The position numbers and the translations under genes are program-made. The notes under the pieces were generated by a model that was given only the letters and a program-made list of their open reading frames with translations, was not told the DNA's origin and did no database searches. Below, in pieces: positions 12,653 through 24,303 of a DNA stretch of 64,000 nucleotides. Origin of the DNA: Octopus sinensis (Eukaryota); the NCBI RefSeq assembly GCF_006345805.1, contig NC_042998.1:27280001-27344000 (forward strand). Direction: 5' to 3'. How positions within the stretch are numbered: the first letter of the stretch is position 1; each line of letters starts with the position of its first letter.

Positions 12653-12873
12653 TTAACCCTTTCCTTATCAAACCGGCTCTGGCTCTTTAGTATAAATGTC
12701 TTGTTTTTTATAAGTTTTGAATTCAAATCTTCCACCAAATCTTAGTTAAAATTTATGATTGATAACATAGCTGAATGATAACTAATTTATTTTACTAAAT
12801 TCTTTGTTATATTTAAAATAACTGAAAGAAACACAGAGCATCTGAAAATAAATATAGTAATGATAGGGGTTAA
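12653..12873 (+). mobile_element. piggyBac-like MITE family D
   Basis: TTAA at both ends, CCCTT/AGGG-type termini, family D body. Confidence 0.75.
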
Positions 12874-12976
12874 ACTGACTATCTCCAGCTCAAATATTCT
12901 ACCAGTTCTTATTTTCAAATCAGCCAGTTCTGGTCTCAAACCAATTTTACAATGTCATTATAAAAATAAGTTATCA

Positions 12977-13141
12977 GGTGCAGAAGTGGCTGTGTGGTAA
13001 GTAGCTGGCTTACCAACTATATGGTTCTGGGTTCAGTCCTACTGCGTGGCATCTTGGGCAAGTGTCTTCTGCTATAGCCCCGGGCCGACCAATGCCTTGT
13101 GAGTGGATTTGGTAGACGGAAACTGAAAGAAGCCTGTCGCA

Positions 13142-13190
<49 letters not shown>

Positions 13191-13503
13191 GTATGTATAA
13201 TGTATATGTATATATGTATATGTATATATGTTATGTATGTATATATGTAATGTATATATATGTATGTGTATATATGTATATATGTATATATGTATATATG
13301 TATATGTATATATGTATATATATATTATATGTATATATATATATTGTATATATATATATGTTATATATATGTATATAATATATGTATATGTATATATGTA
13401 TATATGTATATGTATATGTGTATATGTATATATGTATATATGTGTATATATATATATGTATTGTATATATGTATATGTATATATATATATGTATATATGT
13501 ATG

Positions 13504-13539
<36 letters not shown>

Positions 13540-14068
13540 TGTATATATATGTATATATAATGTATATATGTATATATATATGTATATGTGTATATATATG
13601 TATATATGTATATATATATGTATATATGTATATATATATGTATATATGTATTATATATGTATATATATATGTATATATGTATATATATATGTATATATGT
13701 ATATATATATATGTATATATGTATATATATATGTATATATGTATGTATATATGTATATATGTATATATATATGTATATATATATGTATATGTATATATGT
13801 ATGTATATATGTATATATATATGTATATATGTATATATATATGTATATATGTATATATGTATATCTATATGTATATATGTATATCTATATGTATATGTAT
13901 ATCTATATGTATATATGTATATCTATATGTATATATGTATATCTATATGTATATATGTATATCTATATGTATATATGTATATCTATATGTATATATGTAT
14001 ATCTATATGTATATATGTATATCTATATGTATATATATATATATATCTATATGTATATATATATATGT

Positions 14069-14099
<31 letters not shown>

Positions 14100-14108
14100 A
14101 TCTATATA

Positions 14109-14141
<33 letters not shown>

Positions 14142-14324
14142 ATCTATATGTATATATATATGTATATATGTATATATATGTATATATATGTGTATATATA
14201 TGTGTATATATGTATATGTATATATATGTGTATATATGTATGTGTATATATATGTATATGTGTATATATGTGTATATATGTATATATATGTATGTATATG
14301 TATGTATATGTATGTATATGTATG

Positions 14325-14355
<31 letters not shown>

Positions 14356-15186
14356 GTATGTATGTATATGTATGTATATGTATGTATGTATATGTATGTA
14401 TGTATATGTATGTATATGTATGTATATGTATGTATGTATATGTATGTATATGTATGTATATATGTATGTAATATGTATATATATATATGTTATATATGTA
14501 TATGTATAATATATGTATATGTATGTTTATGTATGTATGTATGTATATGTATATGTATTATGTATATGTATGTGTATGTATGTATATATGTATGTATTGT
14601 ATGTATGTATATATAGTATGTATATGTATGTATATGTATATATGTATGTATGTATATGTATATATATATGTATGTATATGTATATATGTATGTATATATA
14701 TATATATATATATACATACACGTGTATATGGCACCTGTGTCGGTGGCACATAAAAAACACCATCCGAGCGTGGCCGTTTGCCAGCCTCGTCTGGCACCTG
14801 TGTCGGTGGCACATAAAATCACCCACTACACTCTCGGAGTGGTTGGCGTTAGGAAGGGCATCCAGCTGTAGAAACACTGCCAGATCTGACTGGACTGGTG
14901 CAGCTTTCGGGCTCCCCAGACCCCAGTTGAACCGTCCAACCCATGCTAGCATGGAAAGCGGACGTTAAATGATGATGATGATGTGTCTGTGTTTGTCCCC
15001 CTAGCATTGCTTGACAACCGATGCTGGTGTGTTTACGTCCCCGTAACTTAGCGGTTCGGCAAAAGAGACCGATAGAATAAGTACTGGGCTTACAAAAAGA
15101 ATAAGTCCTGGGGTCGAGTTGCTCGATTAAAGGCGGTGCTCCAGCATGGCCACAGTCAAAATGACAAACGAGTAAAAGAGAGTAAA
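12977..15186 (+). mobile_element. SINE family A split by a ~1.6 kb microsatellite expansion and a nested SINE B fragment
   Basis: 5' half 12977-13141; TA/TG-rich array 13141-14722; SINE B 3' part 14724-14982; 3' half of A 14983-15186. Confidence 0.85.
13141..14722. repeat. Compound (AT)n/(ATGT)n/(ATATGT)n microsatellite with a 20-nt higher-order unit
   Basis: Continuous array; atctatatgtatatatgtat repeats about 9 times at ~13860-14035, grading into (ATGT)n. Source of the long Y/I/M/C/V ORFs. Confidence 0.95.
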
Positions 15187-16300
15187 TCTCCAAAATCTTG
15201 AAGCTAAAAGATAATATATAATTAATTTTAAATCATGTGAATAAATGAGCAATTACATTTGACAGAGTAATTTGAATAACAAAGGGTTAAGAGAGAAGCC
15301 TCAAATTGAAGGGTTTTTTTTTTTCGTTTTTTAAATTGGTGTTTAGTATTATGTAACAAATAAGAAGCGAGGTTAAATTGTTGAAAGACAGCAACTGGGG
15401 AAGTAACTGATAAAGTTTGAATGATGGCCAGAATAATCTATAAAGATGTACTTGATCTTTTTTTCTTATTTTTTTGTGTGTGTGGTAGAACTGTATAACC
15501 CCTACAAAGATTAAATTAGTGAGTTGAACAAAGCAAAATGGCTGCTAAATTCTGATTGTACTATCAGATGAATTTATTGATCCATTTCTTTTACTCTCTT
15601 TCTCTCTTTCTCTTTTTTTTTTTTATACATATGTATATATTATTTTCAATACTCCTTTTGACATAAATATTGTATTGAACAACTAATGTGGAATCATAAA
15701 CAAAGTTATTAAAGGAAGAAAAATCCATTATTAGTTTTTATCAAATTAGAAGGTGAAGTATTTCTTTCTAAGATTAAACATTTTATTAGATTAGTGCTCA
15801 TCTAACCCTCTATTGATCTGCTTGCATATTGTTTTGGACATTCACTTGTTCATTGAACTTTTAAAGCACAACTTTTAGAAAATATTTAGTCGTTAAATAA
15901 ACAATTGATTCATATAAATTAATGAACTTTAGAGTGAATCTGCCTTTTTATTCAATCTCTTTTGTCTTTTTAAAATGTCACTTTACTGTCATTTTAAAAA
16001 ACGGTTACATCTATGTAGTTATTTGTTTTCTGACTTACTGTTACTACATTAAACACTTTCATGATAATTATGTGACATGTTGAACCACTTTACTTCCTAT
16101 TTCTGGCAGTAAGTTGGACTTTGGACCCAGATAGGATTCTAGATGGAATTTGACTCTTCAAAATATATACTACAAACATTGTGTATTGCATACGTTACTT
16201 TAAACACATTACTGTTTAAAGAGCTGCATTTACTAAAGGTGTTATGCATTTTTGTGTGTGTGTGTGTGTGTATTCTCATTTTTTTTTTTACATGGTAATA

Positions 16301-16690
16301 GGTGCAGGAGTGGCTGTGTGGTAAGTAGCTTGCTAACCAACCACATGGTTCCGGGTTCAGTCCCACTGCGTGGCACCTTGGGCAAGTGTCTTCTGCTATA
16401 GCCTCGGGCCGACCAAAGCCTTGTGAGTGGATTTGGTAGACGGAAACTGAAAGAAGCCCGTCGTATATATGTATATATATATAGGTGTATGTGTTTGTGT
16501 TTGTCCCCCTAGCATTGCTTGACAACTGATGCTTGTGTGTTTGCGTTCCCGTCACTTAGCGGTTCGGCAAAAGAGACCGATAGAATAAGTACTGGGCTTA
16601 CAAAAAGAATAAGTCCCGGGGTCGAGTTGCTCGATTAAAGGCGGTGCTCCAGCATGGCCGCAGTCAAATGACTGAAACAAGTAAAAGAGT
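16301..16690 (+). mobile_element. tRNA-derived SINE family A (full length)
   Basis: ggtgcaggagtggctgtgtggtaag head, ggttcagtccc B-box, tail gactgaaacaagtaaaagagt. Confidence 0.9.
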
Positions 16691-16719
16691 AATCTTGCAG
16701 ATATGTCCATTACAAATGT

Positions 16720-16936
16720 TTAGCCCTTAGCGTTCAGATTATTTTGTCAGATGTAATGCCTATCTATTCACATTGGTTTTGAATTAATCATGTATTATCT
16801 TGTAGCTTTGAGATTTCAAGGATGTGATTGTTAATTTTTAGAATGATATTGTAGGGTAGGTGTAAGAGATCAGATCTGACCAGTTTGAACCTGAAACTGA
16901 TAGAATATTTGGGCTGGTTTAAAATGCAAAGGGGTT
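16720..16936 (+). mobile_element. TTAA-type MITE family E; other copies ~20990-21205 (-), 42460-42692 (+), 51191-51410 (+), 54991-55219 (-)
   Basis: Shared body ttttgaattaatcatgyattatct...gtagggtaggtgtgagagg...aaatgctaaagggttaa. Confidence 0.7.
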
Positions 16937-17295
16937 GTTAAAAACTATCAGGCAATTTGATTATATTGATTGCAATATTGATGGGTCCTTTATTGTACTG
17001 ACCCTAAAAGAATGAAAAGAAAAGTTAACCTTGATGGGATTTGAACTCAGAATGTAAAAAGTTAGAAGAAATACCACTGAGGATTTTGTCTGCCAGGCCA
17101 CTTTTTAAAAATTATTTTGGCACTAGGCACTAGGCCAACAATTTTTGAGGAGTGGGGTAGTCAGTTATATTGACCCCTTCCTCCCCCAGTGGTCAACAGT
17201 TACTTATTTTATTGACTGGATGAACTACCACTATGCATCTTATCTGGTGTGCTAATGATTCTGCCAGCTTGCCAACCTGTAACCACTAATGGTTT

Positions 17296-17520
17296 CAAAT
17301 TTTGGCACAAGGCCAGAAATTTTAGGGGGAGGGTGTTAGTCGATTACATTGAACCCTCAGTGTTCAACTGGTTCCTATTTTATCAGCACCCCCCCCTCCA
17401 AAAAAAAAAAAATGAAAGGTAAAGTTGATCTTAGCAGAATTTGAACTCGGAATGTAATGATGGGACAAAACTGCTGCTATGCGCTTTGTCTGGTGTTCTA
17501 GTGATTCTGCTAGCTTGTAA
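17296..17520 (-). mobile_element. tRNA-derived SINE family C' (other copies ~16990-17200 -, 28165-28362 +, 29218-29416 -, 38708-38930 +, 45745-45908 +, 57545-57740 -, 62908-63070 +)
   Basis: Head gagctggcagaat...ttagcac, B-box-like gagttcaaattc, central gcctttcatcctttcggggtcgataaaataagtaccag (resembles the Nin/Deu SINE domain, from memory), 3' end cttgtgccaaaatttgaaacc. Confidence 0.7.
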
Positions 17521-19800
17521 CAGCCCAATAAAATATCTGAAATGTCCCCCTTTTATTGTGGATATAGACCCCTGTAATTCTATCTAGCAACTTGTGAAGA
17601 ATGACAGACAATTAACTCTGGAATTTGAACTTCATAATTGTAAAGCAATGATGCCAATAGATATGGCAGCTTTTGTTGGTTTTTTTGTTGTTGTTTGTTA
17701 ACCCTTTTATTTCTACCAATCAAAGGGTTTTTCTGTTAGTAGTACTACTTAATTCAAAGGATTGTTAGAAAAAAAAGGTTTATAATCCAAACTGCTTGCT
17801 ACCTACCGCCATGTTTGAATAATTTCTTAATGAACAGTTGAAGTTAATAATTTAATGTTTAATGGCATTAGTTTAATTAATCTCACCCACCGCAGTATGA
17901 ATCAGACATTATTTAATTTTAACTTCTGTCGTAATGGATATTTTATAAAAGAAATAGGTTACCATACTTCTATTAAATGTCAGATGTATGTAAATATGTG
18001 TATTGGCTTTTTTTAATTGGATTGACATTTTTTTTTTGTATTCTTTTCAAAGATGGAATATTATTGCAGTATTATATCTTTTATTCCTGCCTTCATTGTT
18101 TGTTTTTTTTTTGTTTGTTTTCTAAGTGTTTTTTAGTCCTCATCAGCTCTTTTATTACCTGCATTGTCATGCCTTTAAAACAAGACACTTGTTCACATTG
18201 CTTCAACAGTCTTTTTACGCTTTTTTTTTTTTATGGCAACTCTCAAATCTTTAAGTGAATTCAGCTTGTAATATGAGGAATTTCAGCATCATAATTTCAA
18301 CATTTTATTTTTCTACCATTGTTAAACATTTGATTTTCCCATTATAAACCAGTAGTTCTTAAAAGAAATTCCATTTAATTACTGTGAAGAATTTGATTTT
18401 TTTTCCTTCTTGTAATTTGCTTTTTCTCAATAATCAGTGTTCACTCCAATATCAAATAAAGCTTTCTTTGAATTTTTTTAATCATCTATTTAAACAGATG
18501 CTTATTGATTGATATTGATTAATCATGTATGTTCAGCAATTATTTCATAGCTTTTTTTTTTTTTTTTGCTTTTGTACCAACTAAAGTTAATTTTTTGTTG
18601 TTGCTTTCAATTTTAGGTAGATAAAATTTCATTGTAACTAACGCTAGAATTTTTTGGGTTTTTTTTTATCTTACATAACGCATATGTTGGTTACATATTG
18701 CAAGGTCGTAATTTGATTAATGTCTATTGAGATAGAACAATATTTTATTTGTAATATTAAATGTAATGGTTTTGGAAAATTGCCATTTTATCAAATCAAT
18801 TATTCAAATGATCTCCAAGAAAATATATGAAAATGCTTACAATTATATAGCCTCCATCACTTTCTAATACAGTGTTTATAGAAAACTATTGTTCTACTTA
18901 AAATTGCCGTTTCTTTTCTTTTCCTTTATTTTTTTTTGTTCTTTTTTCTTTAAAATATTGTCATATTGGCTAGCTCCATGTTATGAAATAAGCAATCAAT
19001 ATGCACAATGAAAGGAATGCAATGTTTACTGATAGTCTGAGATGCTATTCATGATTGAATTCTGGTTCGTGAGGTGACTCATGAACCAGAATTATTTAGT
19101 CTGAAATATTTCCTCTAAAAATTTCATATTTCATAACATTTTTTTTTTTTTAATCTCTCTTTTTATGGTGTTCTTCATTTTTACCATTCTCTATTTGTCA
19201 TCATGTCAGTAATGCATCAAGCTATACAGTTTGTCAAGTAAAATTCAAACTCGTCTTTTTTTGAGGAATGTTATGAAATACTAGCAATTTTAAAAGCTTT
19301 TGATGAAATAAACTGACAAATTGTTAAATTATAGCAACTTTATATAAGAAAATTATTTTTTATATTCTCTTTTTTTTTTTTCCTTTTCTTTAAAAGAAAA
19401 AAAAATACAATCTGAGAATCTTTATTCTTGGTATATTTTTTTTTCCCCAATTGTGATAACAAGCTATTTTTGTTGATACAACCTCTTATTACTTGGCAAA
19501 TTATAGGTTTCTTTTGAAGGTGCTGCTATTTTACTCTTCCTTGTACTTTTTATAAGAAAAACTATGCTTCAAGCTATGAAGCTTTAAGAAGTGTTTGTGT
19601 GTGTGCATAAATATAGAAGGAGAGAGAGAGAGAAAATGTGTATATGTGTGTGTGTTGCACAAAAGCTATTTATGAAAATGATTTTAATATTACGTAAGCA
19701 GATGCTGTATTGCAATGTCTAATTGATGACCTACGTACAAGTACATGTTCATGATACTTCACATGTAGTACAAAAATATGCCTGGGAGATAGAATACTTG

Positions 19801-19866
<66 letters not shown>

Positions 19867-19867
<1 letters not shown>

Positions 19868-20238
19868 CTAGCAATACCACCGGCGTTGCTCGGTTTGTTT
19901 CAACCCTTTAGAATTGGAATTTTTGTAAAGTAAAAATGTTACATTAATGTAGCTTGTTTTTCTCTTCAAGTGAACATTTTTCTGGTTGAAATACACTGAA
20001 AAATGGCGACACAGCAGTAAAAAAATCGTAAAAAATAAGGATTTTCATAGAAAAAAAAAAGCACCTTTTTGATGTAAATAATTTTTGGTGTTAACATGGA
20101 AGGACGAGCAAGCCTTCTTCAATCATAATCTCAATTTTGGTCTACTTGCGCCGCAGGGTCTCGGAGGAGATAGCGTTAGTTGAAGGCTACCAAATCTGCC
20201 ATACACAGACAACTTCAATTTTATATATATATAGAGAT
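19867..20238 (+). mobile_element. Non-autonomous Helitron/Helentron-like element, copy 1
   Basis: Begins ACTAGC...ccggcgttgctcgg (subterminal GC-rich hairpin-like stretch) and ends ttttatatatatatagagat; no TSD seen; colinear with the copy at 50397-50792. The class call rests on terminal resemblance only. Confidence 0.55.
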
Positions 20239-20674
20239 TTATAAAACATATATACATAATTTTGAGCCCTTGTACCTTGGGTTTATTTTCCTATTCTTGG
20301 CATATTTTCAGTAAAATGACAAGGAAAGAAAAATAGCATGAAGTCATTTGCATTTTATTCTCTGACAAGTTCATCAAATTAATCTGCAAATATTTGCTTC
20401 ATGTTAACTATCTGGCATATTTTATTGATCCTGTACTCATTTACATTTTATATTAAAAATGTGTGAATGATTATATTCAAGAAAAAAAGTATTTGTAATA
20501 TAATTTTTAATGTAATGTATATTTTTTTCAATCTGTTATCGGATAAAGTTATTTCATTTTTCTTCATGTTCATAATTGTTCAGTAACTTATAGACAAATA
20601 CTTGGTTGTGCTTTAAACATTCTTCCAAATATTGGCCCATTTTTGTGAGACCTCAATCAAGTTATCATCCAGAA

Positions 20675-20930
20675 CAGTGGTTCTCAGCTGGGGTCTATTC
20701 TAGCAAAATAGTAAATGTGTAAATTGCAGAAAAACAGCTAGGTTTCTTTCTCTAATTAATTTTATGTACTTCACCGTACACAAGTAAATGAGTGAATAAC
20801 AAAATAAGAATTTTGAAAGAAATTTTTATAAAATTAATTTTTAAACATTAAATACTTATGGGGTCCTCCACCAAGATAAAATGAGTAAAACAAAGGGGTC
20901 CATAGACAGAAAAATGGTTGAGAACAACTG
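20675..20930. mobile_element. hAT-like MITE
   Basis: Termini cagtggttctca / tgagaacaactg; flanks atccagaa / atttagaa (6/8 TSD). Confidence 0.6.
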
Positions 20931-21856
20931 ATTTAGAACATGGTTTTTCAATATAACTAACAAATTTGGTTCCCTTTATAAAAATAGGTATCTAAACCGG
21001 CCATATCCGGCCAAAAGTATTCTGCCTGTTTTATGTTCAAACTGGTGAGATCTGGTCTCTCACACCAACCCTACAATATCGTTTTAAAAATTAACAGCTA
21101 CCTCATCAAAATCTTATAGATACAAGATAATGCATGATTAGTTCAAAACAATGTGGATAAAAAAGCATTAATTTTGGCAGAATAATATGAACACTAAAGG
21201 GTTAAAATGATACTTTGTATATTTTTTGAAACAAAGTTTCAAAAAATAGACACATACACACAAAAAAAAAATAACTATTGTTTCATCTATTTTGTATGTT
21301 AGTGTACTTGAGAGCAAAAGAGGTACCTTAAATTTTTTTTGCCGTTTCCTTTTGTTTAGTGCCTGACATTTTCTAAAAACCCATAACCTGACTTCATATT
21401 CAGTGAGCAGAAGAATATGAAGACTAATTGTATTGTTAGTATTCCTGTTTTTATGAGTTTATATGTCGGTAATTCTTGGAGTATATTGGAGTGTTTTTCA
21501 CTTCATTATATCAAGCATGGTGAAATATTTTTAACAATCAAATGTCAGCTATTTAATTTGATATTTTTACATGGTTTCCTCTTCCATATTGAATGTTTCA
21601 TAAAGTTCTGAGTATTTAATTAGCTTTCTTCCACCATAAATATCTTTCTCCAAATAATAACATAGCATTAGGCAACAAATCTTTTAGAGGAAGGAGAATG
21701 GTATGTTGAGTTGTTAAAAGTAATTTTCCAAGTGTATTTAGCCAAATATATGAATTGGTAATTGGAATTTGAAGTACACAAAGCTTGTATGAAGCTTAGC
21801 TTATATATATATATATATATATATCAGAAGGTTTGGTGATGATGTACAGGTATTAT

Positions 21857-22124
21857 GAAATGAGGTACTCAGAAATCTGGATGGTTTTATATTTACAGAT
21901 ATTTATTAGTATGTTACATGTTTTTATAAATCATATATCCTATATTAGCGCTTTCGTCCACTCTAGTTAGGTCTTCAAACTGAACTGTTCAATTTGAAGA
22001 CTCCACTAGAGTGGACGAAAGCGCTAATATATATAATATATGATGTATGATTTATAAAAACATGTAACATACTAATAAATATCTGTAAATATAAAACCAT
22101 CCAGATTTCAGAGTACCCCATTTC
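21857..22124. mobile_element. Foldback (tail-to-tail inverted) element, probably a Penelope-like retroelement remnant
   Basis: Arms ~21857-21978 and ~21993-22124 are near-perfect reverse complements; each carries a TGAAGA..stem..GAAAGCGCTA motif; it lies just after a (TA)n tract. The palindrome is directly visible; the Penelope attribution is inference. Confidence 0.6.
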
Positions 22125-22705
22125 TTCTAATATATATTACACAATAACTTGGCTCAAATGTATTTGTGAAATATCTTTTTTTTTCTGATTTATATTGGGT
22201 TTAAAAAGACATATTTTGATTATAGATATTTTAGTTAATGGTTTGAATTGTGTCAGTGAGAGATGTTTTCGGCTTTAATTTACTTCTAATTATATATAAA
22301 GTATATTTTAGTACAGATGGGCAAATGTTGGTTTCTTAAAAAAAAACAAAAAAAAAAATATTTTCACAATTATCTAGGTAGATCAGTGTTTCTTAACCAA
22401 GGTCCATATAAAATTTAGTTGTTAAAATTTATCTGCTGTAAATATTGCTACATAGACAAAATAGTGCAACCTTTCTTATACAACTCCTAATATTTAATCA
22501 TAAAAATATAATAGGGTATTATTTAAACATCAAATGGCTATGAGAATTAATTATTGATCTCAAAAGCCTACTTTCGTATTGTATGTGAGAATTGCCAAAA
22601 TGTGCTTCTCATTTAAGTTTACCTTCAATTAGAATTCTTTAATACTAAATTTTAAAAAAATTATATTTAGTTGTTACTCATGCATGTTATTTTGTTAAGA
22701 TCTCA

Positions 22706-23114
22706 GGCGCAGGAGTGGCTGTGTGGTAAGTAGCTTGCTAACCAACCACATGGTTCCGGGTTCAGTCCCACTGCGTGGCATCTTGGGCAAGTGTCTTCTG
22801 CTATAGCCCTGGGCCGACCAATGCCTTGTGAGTGGATTTGGTAGACGGAAACTGAAAGAAGCCCGTCGTATATATGTATATATATATGTGTGTTTGTGTG
22901 TCTGCGTTTGTCCCCCTAGCATTGCTTGACAACCGATGCTGGTGTGTTTACACCCGCGTCACTTAGCGGTTCGGCAAAAAAGAGACCGATAGAATAAGTA
23001 CTGGGCTTACAAAGAATAAGTCCCGGGGTCGATTTGCTCGACTAAAGGCGGTGCTCCAGCATGGCCGCAGTCAAATGACTGAAACAAGTAAAAGAGTAAA
23101 AAGAGAGTAAAGAG
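22706..23114 (+). mobile_element. tRNA-derived SINE family A (full length, near consensus)
   Basis: ggcgcaggagtggctgtgtggtaag head, intact A/B boxes, CpGs retained, repeated gtaaaagag-type tail. Confidence 0.9.
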
Positions 23115-24272
23115 TATACACTTAAAATGTGTTGGTATAATGTTTATATAAACAGAATCTATGTGTTCAAATATTAACTTGTAAGGATCAAGAAAAATGC
23201 CATTTTGTTATTTTATTGAGAAATCTCTGATGGATGTCATTTTTGCTAAGATATTGTTTTTCCTCCCATTCATAAACTAGCAGCATGTGTTAAAATTTTT
23301 GTGTACAAGTATATTAGTTTTCTTAAAATTAATATATTGTACTCCATACAAATAATGGAACAAGCACAAGTTAAAAGTTAGATTTCGGTTTTCAAATTCC
23401 ATCTAGTTAGTGTTCTATTGATGAATAAATCTGATATTTAATTGATCTTGTTCTTCCAACATACACAGAAAATCAAGCAGTTATGCAAAAGATTTAATCA
23501 ATATCCTTATTGCCAACAGAACTGGCTGACATATTTTCTGTTACTGTAACATTCCCATTTTCTCTCAGCCTGAATTGCTATTTATTTATGCAGCCCCCTT
23601 AGAATGAACTATGGATAATATTCTTTGAATAGAGCTAGAAATATTGCTTTCGATATCAACACAATCAAATTGGTATTTATAAGCATGTCTTCCTTCATGG
23701 ACTGAACATGTTTTTCTTTTAGAATTTTATCAAATAAATCTTTTATCATTTCCTAAAATATGTTCTTGTTCAAATTATTAATACGGCTTGCAATGAAATC
23801 TAATCTATATATAAAATAAATAATTCAGAGATGAATTCCAGTTATTTGACCAGCTCAATTTTCTGCCATGTTAGGCATCTTTTCAATTAACAGCTAGTTA
23901 AGAACTACTGGTCGGTATTCACTATAAGCGACCATATATTTTAATAAGTATAGTTTATTCCATGCTTATTGAACCAAATTAAAGCTGTATGCTGCTAAAG
24001 CAAAATTTTAATGTTTAGCTATGTAGGGAGATTTGCTTATTTTTTTTTTGTGTGTGTGTGTGTGTATATATGTACTTCCTTTTTGTACTTTTCCACTGCT
24101 CCTAGTAAGTGTATCAATTCATAAAATATTTGCTTTTATCAAATTTCTATTATTTTTTTTATTTGTAGGTTCATGAGAACAAAATTTCAATGAGTTAGTA
24201 AATAGCTTCTACAGAAACAACTGATGCTTTATGTAGAGAATATGATAGCCTGGAGAGAAAGAGAAGATAGAT

Positions 24273-24303
<31 letters not shown>

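Noticed and set aside
13145-14968. Long ORFs (up to 403 aa) of Y/I/M/C/V; similar ORFs at 30416-30898, 34025, 37270-37704, 39614-40508, 44119-44628
   Set aside because: They are translations of (TA)/(TG)/(CA) microsatellites, which lack stop codons in some frames.
16301-16380. tRNA-like sequences with A and B boxes (also the heads at 22706, 39290, 45073)
   Set aside because: They are SINE heads: no complete cloverleaf or acceptor stem, and each continues into a SINE body.
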